IMG/VR virus record: IMGVR_UViG_3300008267_000054
Coordinates: 1-64,000 of that record
From: a virus
DNA: 64,000 bases
Reading direction: 5' to 3' (one strand)
The notes under the pieces: model-generated
What the model saw: only the letters and a program-made list of their open reading frames with translations
Told to the model about the DNA's origin: nothing
Databases searched by the model: none
Shown: piece by piece, positions 8,263-16,609 of the stretch
Layout of the letters: each line of letters begins with the position of its first letter
Numbering within the stretch: the first letter of the stretch is position 1
Program-made: the position numbers and the translations under genes

Positions 8263-8287
8263 AAATAGCCCATTTTATGGGCTATTT
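8263..8287. terminator. Hairpin, possible bidirectional terminator
   Basis: AAATAGCCCAT-ttt-ATGGGCTATTT. Confidence 0.65.
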
Positions 8288-8301
8288 CTATATTTATTAA
8301 T

Positions 8302-8997
8302 ATGATAAAATGGTGCAATTATGAGTGGCTTACACAAGAAAGGTGGGGTCAAATCCATCCTGAGAAGAGTTTTTGTTGGTATGATCCATCCTGTGTTGAG
8401 GTGGATCAATCTGGACTTTTACATTTAAGAACTAAGTTTAATCCAAAGTATTTTGAACACATTAAAACTACTTCTACGGTAGGGATTGGACTAGTATCTT
8501 GTACAACAAAGTTCCGTCACGGTATATTTGAGATAGAGGCTAAGTTGCCGGTTGGAGAAGATCTTTGGCCTGCATTTTGGATGTACAGCTTTGATTCATG
8601 GCCACCTGAAATTGATGTCATTGAAGCCTACACTGTTAAAAGAGGTACCTATCTTAGTCCAAGCATATTTCCGTTAAGTTTGTGGGATGTTAAAACCAAC
8701 CTACATTATGGACTTGATCCTGATCGTAAAAGTATAAGAGCTAAAAAACACTTTTGGGGATGGAAAAATCCAGCTCATCACTTTATAAAGTATAGATTAG
8801 AGTGGCGTCCTGACTGTATTAAATGGTATTACAACGACTATCTTGTTAGATCCATAGTAGATCCTAAAATACTAGCTGAGTTTAATAAAACTACTCTAAA
8901 TGTGATTATAAACAATGGAGTTGATTACACTGTAAATCAACTAGTACCTCCTAAATCAGATTTTGTTATTAGTTCCTTTACATACAAATCCATCTAA
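8302..8997 (+). CDS. Glycoside hydrolase family 16 (beta-glucanase-like), no signal peptide
   Basis: LWPAFWM...WPPEIDVIE catalytic motif; HGIFEIEAKLP; YRLEWRPD. Confidence 0.9.
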   Translation: MIKWCNYEWLTQERWGQIHPEKSFCWYDPSCVEVDQSGLLHLRTKFNPKYFEHIKTTSTVGIGLVSCTTKFRHGIFEIEAKLPVGEDLWPAFWMYSFDSWPPEIDVIEAYTVKRGTYLSPSIFPLSLWDVKTNLHYGLDPDRKSIRAKKHFWGWKNPAHHFIKYRLEWRPDCIKWYYNDYLVRSIVDPKILAEFNKTTLNVIINNGVDYTVNQLVPPKSDFVISSFTYKSI

Positions 8998-10005
8998 GTA
9001 CTTTTTCCAAACAGCTTTGCTGGTTTTTCCATAGTACCATAGGCTGAGTTTATTTATAAACTGGATATTTAGATTTGACGTTTTTAATGCAAAGTTCATT
9101 TTTTCCATAATGCTCTTTGAGTCAGTTGGTTTTGCTTTGTACAAATATGACATCCACTCTATTTGATCCGATACAACAATTGGTACATTACAATCCACAA
9201 AGTCTGCAGCAACAATGTTAAAGGTTTCTGTAAAAGAGACTTGTAGACCAACATCCATTGTACTTATGAGCTTTTTAAAGTCGCTGTGAGATAACCAACC
9301 GTGTTGAACTAATTCGTGTTTTGGATTATTAAGAAACAAATTACGAATGTTTTTTAGTACTGAATCTCCTTTATTTTCTACACGTGCTTGATTAATGTGA
9401 AATCTCAGCTTTTTATTTACAGCATTGGCATACTCAATAGCTGCAGTTGCTTGATATAGTTGGTTTTTTAGTGGTCGTACTGCTCCAAAACATCCAACAT
9501 TTATTACATCCTTTTCTACCTTTTTGTAGTTTGTGTTTGTGAAATCTACTGGGTAGTAGTTTGGTAAATACACAACTTTATTTGGTAGCAGTGCATTCAA
9601 ATCATTGTATGTAGTTTCAGAATTTATTGAGATGCAAACGTTCTTGTATTTTTGGTACTCATATATCCACTCCATTGCAATGCCTTCATTTGCAATGAAA
9701 GGTATTTCCGAATGCAGTCTAATTATCCATGTAACATTTGGATGTAGTTTTTGTAAAACATCAAACTTAGATGGAACAACCCAAAGAGCTTCAATTATAA
9801 CGACATCTGGTTTTACTTTTGTTACTTCTTTGTCAATATCGTTGTTATCTTTGACTTCAACTAAAGTAGAGTCATAGCCTTCGGCTAATAACATTTTGTG
9901 TACAAATCCAGCAGAGTTTAATAATCCAGATGATATTGTATGTAGTCCTGTGTGGGAGCTCATTCTCTTTTTCAATATAAAGAGAATCTTTGGGCAGCGT
10001 TTCAT
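8956..10005 (-). CDS. Glycosyltransferase, GT-B fold (GT4-like)
   Basis: RLHSE, FGAVRPLKN, QVSFTETFNIVAAD...VPIVVS; own TATTTATA on - strand (10030-10037). Confidence 0.88.
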   Translation of the reverse strand: MKRCPKILFILKKRMSSHTGLHTISSGLLNSAGFVHKMLLAEGYDSTLVEVKDNNDIDKEVTKVKPDVVIIEALWVVPSKFDVLQKLHPNVTWIIRLHSEIPFIANEGIAMEWIYEYQKYKNVCISINSETTYNDLNALLPNKVVYLPNYYPVDFTNTNYKKVEKDVINVGCFGAVRPLKNQLYQATAAIEYANAVNKKLRFHINQARVENKGDSVLKNIRNLFLNNPKHELVQHGWLSHSDFKKLISTMDVGLQVSFTETFNIVAADFVDCNVPIVVSDQIEWMSYLYKAKPTDSKSIMEKMNFALKTSNLNIQFINKLSLWYYGKTSKAVWKKYLDGFVCKGTNNKI

Positions 10006-10029
10006 GTTTTTGGTAATTACGGGTTCAAT

Positions 10030-10037
10030 TATAAATA
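10030..10037 (-). promoter_or_regulatory. Late promoter motif TATTTATA on the - strand, upstream of the glycosyltransferase
   Basis: Reads TATAAATA on +; 24 nt upstream of the only - strand gene; paired with a + copy at 10084-10091. Confidence 0.7.
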
Positions 10038-10112
10038 GGATAATTTACAAACAATAAGTAGATGTTTACATTAAAAAATACACTATTTATATAAAATTAA
10101 AGCTTTTTTAAT

Positions 10113-10655
10113 ATGAAGTATGTTATTATGATTGTAGCAATGCTACTATCAATTAATACCTTCGCCCAGGTAGAATTATTAGGAACAGCGGATGGGCAGG
10201 TTAGTAGGCTAACTGACAATATTCTGTATGACATAGTACAGACTGATCAGTATGGTAAGGTTTTAGCTACAATAGAACCTAAAGAGACTAGCTTTTTTAT
10301 ATACTCTGATTCTCTTTATTCACTACTGAGCATTACACAAATCTATAATGGTTGCATAACTAGCAACGCTGGTGATTATGATTACTGGTTAGTCGAGCGT
10401 ACAAGCAATGTAGATCCTTTAGTCTACCCAAATCCTACTACAGGACAGTTATTTGTAGCTCTTAATGTGTTGAGTGAGGACTTATTTGTATCAATTTACG
10501 ATATACAACTAAGACAAATGGTATCGCAGAAATTAACAGATTTTATTAGCACTGTGAACATAAGTAGCTTATCGGAAGGTACGTATCTTCTTGATATAAG
10601 AAATAAAAATCAAACTTTTAAAACAACAAAAATATGTTTAGTAAAAAACAAATAG
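10113..10655 (+). CDS. Small secreted protein with T9SS type A C-terminal sorting domain
   Basis: Sec signal (..TFA/QV); LVYPNPTTG...IYDIQ...VNISSLSEGTYLLDI...TTKICLVK. Confidence 0.85.
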   Translation: MKYVIMIVAMLLSINTFAQVELLGTADGQVSRLTDNILYDIVQTDQYGKVLATIEPKETSFFIYSDSLYSLLSITQIYNGCITSNAGDYDYWLVERTSNVDPLVYPNPTTGQLFVALNVLSEDLFVSIYDIQLRQMVSQKLTDFISTVNISSLSEGTYLLDIRNKNQTFKTTKICLVKNK

Positions 10656-11935
10656 TAACAATGTTGCTATTGCTAGTAAGCACATTAGTACTTGGTCAAA
10701 GACAAATTAACTGGTATCGAGTAACAGCAGATACAACTATGTTAAATTATAACCCATTCAGTACTCCAAGTAATCTCAACACCATTAAAATGGGATACTA
10801 CAACATAAATCCACTCAACGGGGAAGAGTATCGTTATCAGGGTAATAACATTTGGGTAAGGGATAGTTTGTTTAGCGGGACAACAACTCAAGCTTCTTCA
10901 ATAGGTGGTGTGACATGGGTACAAACATGGACACAATTCACAAATGCACTATCAAATCCCAATATAAGATCTATTAACTTAGCTGCTAATTTAACAGCAA
11001 CTACAAAAGCTTATATCCCACTGAGTCAAGCATCAACCAATCAAAATTCTGGTATAAAGGAGATCGATGGTCATGGTTTTGAAATTAATATACCATCATC
11101 AATAGACACAGGTATTGTACGTAGATATAGCTCATTAGGCGAAGCTAATTTTGGAATTGATCAACAGCTAAGAATTAAAAATGTTGTGTTTAAAGGTAGT
11201 AACAATATTGGTCTTTATATATCAGCTAATTACGGTATGAAAATAGAAGGATGTAGATTCTACAATTTTAGTACTGCATTGGATTTGAGATGGTGTATGG
11301 GTACTATAATTGACCAGTGTTACTTTTGGGAAAACTATATTGGTGTAAATTTAGATTATGATAGATTTGCTGGTGGATCCAATTCTACATCACAATCAAA
11401 CCACTCCATAGTTCAAAATTGTAAATTTAGAAACTCTGCAGGTGACTTTGCAAACATAAGAGTGTATGCTGCTTCTGGGGTTCAGATTCTCCATAATATA
11501 TTTGAAGGTGTTCAAGCGGGCGGTGACTATGATGTTTATTTTGATGATAATGGTTCTACGGTTGTTAAAGAAGTAACCATGTATGGTAATCATGTTGAAC
11601 ATCAACCAGCTATTGCAGCTTTCTATATTAGATTAAAAGATGGCTTTGCAAAATGTGGAGGAATTTATTCACAATATGATTGCACTTTAATTAAGTTTGA
11701 ATCTGCTGCGTATGCTAAATGCATGGTTGATAACATACCTTATTTAACTTCCGGTACTAAATTTCATTATATTGGTAGTGGTTGTAGATGGTGGTTTACA
11801 AACATGCCAGTTGCTTTTGATCCTAATATAACAACCTATTGGGTTGGTGGTGTCGCTCCAACTAATTCACGCTATGATGGTTGGAACTCCAATGGACAAT
11901 CTCCATTTTTACAGCTAGGAACAAGAAGGCCTTAA
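10634..11935 (+). CDS. Secreted right-handed beta-helix (pectin-lyase-like) protein
   Basis: Signal peptide; repeats IEGCRF, IDQCYF, VQNCKF, ILHNIFE, MYGNHVE. Confidence 0.75.
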   Translation: MFSKKQIVTMLLLLVSTLVLGQRQINWYRVTADTTMLNYNPFSTPSNLNTIKMGYYNINPLNGEEYRYQGNNIWVRDSLFSGTTTQASSIGGVTWVQTWTQFTNALSNPNIRSINLAANLTATTKAYIPLSQASTNQNSGIKEIDGHGFEINIPSSIDTGIVRRYSSLGEANFGIDQQLRIKNVVFKGSNNIGLYISANYGMKIEGCRFYNFSTALDLRWCMGTIIDQCYFWENYIGVNLDYDRFAGGSNSTSQSNHSIVQNCKFRNSAGDFANIRVYAASGVQILHNIFEGVQAGGDYDVYFDDNGSTVVKEVTMYGNHVEHQPAIAAFYIRLKDGFAKCGGIYSQYDCTLIKFESAAYAKCMVDNIPYLTSGTKFHYIGSGCRWWFTNMPVAFDPNITTYWVGGVAPTNSRYDGWNSNGQSPFLQLGTRRP

Positions 11936-12016
11936 TTCTGTAAATAGTATGAACTAGTTGGTGAAGGTTCATCTGATGGCTTACTATAAACCTACTTATA
12001 ATAAAAGGAGGGCACA

Positions 12017-13045
12017 ATGTTTTTACGTGTATTACCATTGCTATTCGTTTTTATTTTAGGTATTAGTTGTCTGAAAGAAAATGATGTTTATCCAACAGCA
12101 GCAGATTATCTTAATGTAAAAGAGAGGGATTTAATGGATCCTGGACCAGATCCCATTCTTCGATTAGATTCGTCTAGTGTTATACCCAATGCAATTACAA
12201 CATCTTGGGAAAGGTTTATGTATGTTGACAAAACAGACACACTATATACCAGTACTCAAGGTAAAAACACACTCTCCAAGTATCTTAAAAAGTATGGATT
12301 TACTGGTGTTTATTTTTATAGCACATCATCTATTTTATCATCCAGTAGTAAGTATGCAAACTTTGGCTTGTTTTTAAAACAATTAAATGATAGCGGTGTT
12401 ATTTTTAAAGCAGTTGCTAAGGGTAGTGCTAGCTCTTTTGGTAGTACTGGTGATATAACTAAATACAATAGTTCACAGTCTGATCCTACTCGTAAAATAA
12501 ACAGAGCTAACTTAGAACTTGAATGGTGGAATGGTGCTACTAGTTGGAGTAGTTGGAATAGTATTAATCAACAAATAGCTTCTGGGTCTATTAGAGATAA
12601 TGATTTTTATGAAGGTTGGTATAAAAATTTAGGAACAACAATCGACACTATTGCCGCAAGAGACCAGGTTAGATACTCAGACAGAATTTTATTACATTGT
12701 TATCAAAATGGGATTCCTACTTATTCTTATGCTAATGCTAAAAGTACCGGTGCCACCGGTGGCCGATTGGATATTATTGCCAAAGGTGCACGCCAGGCTA
12801 ATAAACGAATTGATGTCTATATCATCATATCTGCTGAGTACACAGCCTGGGGAGCTAGCAATACTTTTACAGGTCCTGCTTTAGCAGCTGCTTCGAATCA
12901 ACCAAATCCATTTTTTTACATTGAACAGCAGGCTTACAGTAACATTTATAATGGTATGACTGACTTTCAGAAACAATGGATTGACTTGAAAGGGTTTGTT
13001 TGGTTTACTAAAAGATATTGTTATAGCGCAGTACCACCTCAGTAG
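12017..13045 (+). CDS. Lipoprotein, possible TIM-barrel glycoside hydrolase-like
   Basis: Lipobox LGISC; GFTGVYFY, NLELEWW, DRILLHCY, KGFVWF pattern; AGGAGG at 12006-12011. Confidence 0.6.
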   Translation: MFLRVLPLLFVFILGISCLKENDVYPTAADYLNVKERDLMDPGPDPILRLDSSSVIPNAITTSWERFMYVDKTDTLYTSTQGKNTLSKYLKKYGFTGVYFYSTSSILSSSSKYANFGLFLKQLNDSGVIFKAVAKGSASSFGSTGDITKYNSSQSDPTRKINRANLELEWWNGATSWSSWNSINQQIASGSIRDNDFYEGWYKNLGTTIDTIAARDQVRYSDRILLHCYQNGIPTYSYANAKSTGATGGRLDIIAKGARQANKRIDVYIIISAEYTAWGASNTFTGPALAAASNQPNPFFYIEQQAYSNIYNGMTDFQKQWIDLKGFVWFTKRYCYSAVPPQ

Positions 13046-13072
13046 TAGATATTTATAGGAAATTTACTTCTT

Positions 13073-14080
13073 ATGAAATCCCTTATTATTGCACTGTTGT
13101 TACTATTTGTAACACCTTGCATAGCACAAACACAATTGTATTTAGACAACATGGAGTGTCTTGGTTATACATGGAGGGGTATACCAAAGTCTTTAGTTAA
13201 CTCCGGTTATATTGGTGGCCAATCCAACGCAACCGATCTACCATCTTCTTGCAATCTATTTGCTTCATCAGATAGCTCCTTTAGATTAGTTGGGAATGGT
13301 TTAGGTAGTTCCTCAGTAGAAAGAGATACGCTTGTATATAGTTTAGTGAACATTAATCCAGCTTTTCAACATGAGCTAAGACTGAGAGTTGCTTCTGTAT
13401 CAATATCGCCATCGCTAAATTTAGCGGCCGGTGCAGATGGTACTGATTATATTGAGATAAACTATACATTGAATGGGGTCAACTATATAAGAGAGCTAAA
13501 ACTATCAGGCATATCTAATAGTAACTGGGATTACACTAATGGTGCTGCTATTACCAAAACGACTAATGGATTTTTAAATACATTTGTAGGACCTGCATCT
13601 CGAGTTAGTTTAATGCTTCCAGCCGGTATATCACAGATTGGTTTTCAAATTATTATGGCTACAAATGCAACCGGAGAATCTTGGTTAGTTGATGATGTTG
13701 AATTAATTGAGGGTTGCTATTGTCCACTACCAATATCACTACTTGAATTTAAAGGTAAGCAAGTTGGTAATAAAATAAAATTAGAATGGACAACTTTGAC
13801 AGAAACAAGTAACGACTACTTCTCTATTTTGGAATCACCGCATAATCTAGAATATTGGTATTTAATTGATAATGTTGATGGTGCTGGTAATAGTAATCAG
13901 CAACTTAGCTATACCTTTATTGATCCAAATCCTAAAAATGGTATTAACTATTATGTACTAACACAAACAGATTATGATGGTACAAGAACACAGTTTGGCC
14001 CGATTGCTGTTCAGTTTACTGGTATACCTGTTCTTAATATATGGGATATGTACAATCTGCTAGGTCAACAAATAAAGTAG
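13073..14080 (+). CDS. Secreted T9SS-cargo-like protein with truncated C-terminal sorting domain
   Basis: Signal peptide; PLPISLLEFKG...LEWTTLTETSNDYF...YYVLTQTDYDG module typical of Bacteroidota T9SS cargo; ends at YNLLGQQIK. Confidence 0.8.
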   Translation: MKSLIIALLLLFVTPCIAQTQLYLDNMECLGYTWRGIPKSLVNSGYIGGQSNATDLPSSCNLFASSDSSFRLVGNGLGSSSVERDTLVYSLVNINPAFQHELRLRVASVSISPSLNLAAGADGTDYIEINYTLNGVNYIRELKLSGISNSNWDYTNGAAITKTTNGFLNTFVGPASRVSLMLPAGISQIGFQIIMATNATGESWLVDDVELIEGCYCPLPISLLEFKGKQVGNKIKLEWTTLTETSNDYFSILESPHNLEYWYLIDNVDGAGNSNQQLSYTFIDPNPKNGINYYVLTQTDYDGTRTQFGPIAVQFTGIPVLNIWDMYNLLGQQIK

Positions 14081-14102
14081 ATATTTATAATAAAGTTTAC
14101 AT

Positions 14103-14576
14103 ATGACAATGTTATCACAGCATTTAAGTCTAGCAGAAGTTACAAAATCAAACACTGCAAAAAGGCTTGGTATAGAAAATCTACCAACAGAAAAGCATTT
14201 AGAAAATCTTAAGCAGTTAGCGGTTAATATTTTTGAACCAATCAGAGTCCACTTTGGTAAACCTATTTACATATCATCCGGATACCGCTCTAAGGAATTG
14301 AATGCAGCAGTACCAAACTCTTCTAGAACATCACAGCACTGTATTGGTGAAGCATTAGACTTGGATCAAGATGGGTTTAATAGCATCATAACTAATGTAA
14401 TGATATTTAATTACATTAAAGATAATTTACTTTTCGATCAATTAATATGGGAATATGGTACCAATAACAACCCTGATTGGGTTCATGTATCATACAAAGC
14501 CTCTGGCCAGCAAAGAAAGCAAATTAAAAAAGCTACCAGAGTAAATGGAAGACCTAGCTATAAACCTTGGAAATAG
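14103..14576 (+). CDS. Peptidase M15A, probable endolysin
   Basis: ISSGYRS..LN, SQHCIGEALD, WVHVSY zinc-binding motifs. Confidence 0.9.
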   Translation: MTMLSQHLSLAEVTKSNTAKRLGIENLPTEKHLENLKQLAVNIFEPIRVHFGKPIYISSGYRSKELNAAVPNSSRTSQHCIGEALDLDQDGFNSIITNVMIFNYIKDNLLFDQLIWEYGTNNNPDWVHVSYKASGQQRKQIKKATRVNGRPSYKPWK

Positions 14577-14602
14577 GGTTTGAATTATCAAAAAAATTTA
14601 GT

Positions 14603-14773
14603 ATGTTTAAGAATACAAAAAAGCTACAACAATACTACGATGAACAAGAACTCGGAGCTGATGGTTCTATCTACCTCTCAGACAAAGACCGGAAAGCGCT
14701 TAAAAGTAAAGCGAAAAAAGAGGTCAAAAGAGGTGGCAATAAAAGAGTTCGTCGTAATGAATCAGAATGGTGA
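14603..14773 (+). CDS. Hypothetical basic protein
   Basis: ATG at 14603 in the tracked frame; start uncertain. Confidence 0.45.
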   Translation: MFKNTKKLQQYYDEQELGADGSIYLSDKDRKALKSKAKKEVKRGGNKRVRRNESEW

Positions 14774-14912
14774 GTTCTTTTCTGGCTTTGAGCGTGGTAA
14801 GTTTAAATGGTCTCCTTTTGTAACTGAGGCAAAACCTTTAGAGAGAGTGGAACAATTTGAGACCATTAAGAGGCTAGAACCAACAATGGATCTCATATAT
14901 GATTACACATAA
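14733..14912 (+). CDS. Hypothetical protein
   Basis: Likely GTG start at 14733 within ORF 14580-14912. Confidence 0.55.
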   Translation: MAIKEFVVMNQNGEFFSGFERGKFKWSPFVTEAKPLERVEQFETIKRLEPTMDLIYDYT

Positions 14913-15402
14913 TACACTCTATTCTAAAAGCGACATTGAGACAAAAGCTAAGCTTTGTGCTCAATTTATTGATGATATTGCATTTAAAAATGACACGTTA
15001 CTGTGTCCAATAATGCAATCAAGCTATCAATTTATTGCCGAACTAAGTAAGCATTTATCAACCACACCCTATCTTGATTTCTATGGCATATCCAGGTATG
15101 CTGAAGATAACACAGAAGATGAACTATACCTATACAAAGGTGCTGAGCAATCTTTATTAAACAATAGGACTGTTATAGTAATTGACACACTATGTTCTAC
15201 TGGCACTACTATGGATCTAGCAGCTAGGTTATCTAAACAATTGGGTGCAAAAAGAGTATACACAGTAAGCTTGTTACAAAGACAATTTTCCGTTCACAAA
15301 CCTAGCTGGTATGGGTGGATGATATCGGATGAATCTGTTTATGGATATGGTATGGACACTAAAACTAAATACAGAACATTACCTTATATTGCACATGAGT
15401 AA
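14899..15402 (+). CDS. Hypoxanthine phosphoribosyltransferase-like protein with divergent PRPP loop
   Basis: VIVIDTLCSTGTT PRPP loop; VYGYGMD..KYRTLPYI C-terminal HPRT motif. Confidence 0.8.
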   Translation: MITHNTLYSKSDIETKAKLCAQFIDDIAFKNDTLLCPIMQSSYQFIAELSKHLSTTPYLDFYGISRYAEDNTEDELYLYKGAEQSLLNNRTVIVIDTLCSTGTTMDLAARLSKQLGAKRVYTVSLLQRQFSVHKPSWYGWMISDESVYGYGMDTKTKYRTLPYIAHE

Positions 15403-15703
15403 GAAAATAAAATTAGAGTACCCCTTTAATGATGCTGCATGTCTTGAAGTTGAGTTTAGACCAAATACATGGGCTAGAGTAACAGCAAATCACTTCAGAT
15501 CATCTACTGGCAATAGAAGGATTAATGAGGTTATTTATAATGGACCGGTCTATTATGAGGGTACAAATCGTAAGTACACAAAAAAGAAAAATGAACCTTT
15601 TAGAATTGTTAATGTTGAAGAACTTAATTTAAAGATCAGGAAAAAACAAAAACCGGTTTATGAAATTATGAGAACATATGATCGTGATGCTAAGTACAGA
15701 TAG
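15395..15703 (+). CDS. Hypothetical protein
   Basis: Probable ATG at 15395; WARVTANHFRS...YNGPVY. Confidence 0.7.
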   Translation: MSKKIKLEYPFNDAACLEVEFRPNTWARVTANHFRSSTGNRRINEVIYNGPVYYEGTNRKYTKKKNEPFRIVNVEELNLKIRKKQKPVYEIMRTYDRDAKYR

Positions 15704-15741
15704 TTTGTAATAATACACACTATTTATACTAAAACACACAC

Positions 15742-15885
15742 ATGGCTAAAAAAACAAGTACACAAGCAGTAAGTAAATTTAGAAAAAAGGTAAAAGTAAG
15801 TAGACCTGGCGTTCATTCTAAAAAAAGAACTAGTAAATTGAAGAGTTCTAAAAATTATAGTAAAAAATACAGAGGTCAGGGTTGA
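15742..15885 (+). CDS. Small very basic protein, 47 aa, ending KKYRGQG, not in ORF track
   Basis: Translated by hand; own TATTTATA at 15721-15728. Confidence 0.75.
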   Translation: MAKKTSTQAVSKFRKKVKVSRPGVHSKKRTSKLKSSKNYSKKYRGQG

Positions 15886-15912
15886 TTATCTGAAAAAAAA
15901 TTGGTAACTTAA
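15882..15912 (+). promoter_or_regulatory. Bacteroidota-type promoter candidate TTG-N20-TAACTTAA
   Basis: Same spacing as sites at 12, 2659 and 4526; precedes the operon containing the sigma factor. Confidence 0.5.
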
Positions 15913-15927
15913 AAATAAAAAATCGTT

Positions 15928-16188
15928 ATGATTGTATCTGTAATTATTATTTCCGCTTTAGTTATAAGCACTTCCTACTTTGCTTATTCACTAAAAACAA
16001 CTAAAAGTAGATTACAAGACTATGTTGCAAAGTATGAAAGCGTAAAGGTATACGCTGAAGGTGTAGCAAAGCAAACTGTCGCTGTTCCGGTAACAGTAAC
16101 TTCTAAAAAGAAGGTAACTAAAAAGGCATCAACAGCTCCTGTACCAGCCACACCAGCAAAAAGAGGTAGAAAACCTAAAACCAAGTAA
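15928..16188 (+). CDS. Membrane-anchored protein with basic AT-hook-like tail
   Basis: N-terminal TM helix; C-terminal PAKRGRKPK. Confidence 0.7.
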   Translation: MIVSVIIISALVISTSYFAYSLKTTKSRLQDYVAKYESVKVYAEGVAKQTVAVPVTVTSKKKVTKKASTAPVPATPAKRGRKPKTK

Positions 16189-16190
16189 TT

Positions 16191-16604
16191 ATGCAATGCT
16201 TGAATAATTTAATAGCTAGCCAATTTCTTAAAAACACAACTAAGGAATTGCAATTAGCACGTAATACATTATCAAGCAGCGTATTGCCTGAACCTGGACA
16301 ATTACCTTGTACTAAAAAAGAGCAAAAAAAGTTATACAATACCTATATGGATATCCTCGGTTTCCGAGATCTGTATAGTGATATGGATGTTGATGATTAT
16401 GACATGCTATATTACTTGCAAGATGGTTATATAGTGTGGTTAGCTACTAGAAATAAGCATTCATTAAAAGATGCTATATCCGATTCTTTATACACTAATG
16501 GTGATATACCGTTTTATCAAGCAAAGCAGTTTATTAATAGTAAGTTGTACTACGTAGCAATGTATGATTTAACCTTTCGTATGCAGCCACTAACAAAAAA
16601 TTAA
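16191..16604 (+). CDS. Hypothetical protein
   Basis: Tightly packed ORF. Confidence 0.65.
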   Translation: MQCLNNLIASQFLKNTTKELQLARNTLSSSVLPEPGQLPCTKKEQKKLYNTYMDILGFRDLYSDMDVDDYDMLYYLQDGYIVWLATRNKHSLKDAISDSLYTNGDIPFYQAKQFINSKLYYVAMYDLTFRMQPLTKN

Positions 16605-16609
16605 AAACA

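Noticed and set aside
6706-14080. Host DNA contamination as the source of the secretome island
   Set aside because: Island genes carry the same TATTTAT motif as portal and baseplate genes and have similar composition; coverage should still be checked
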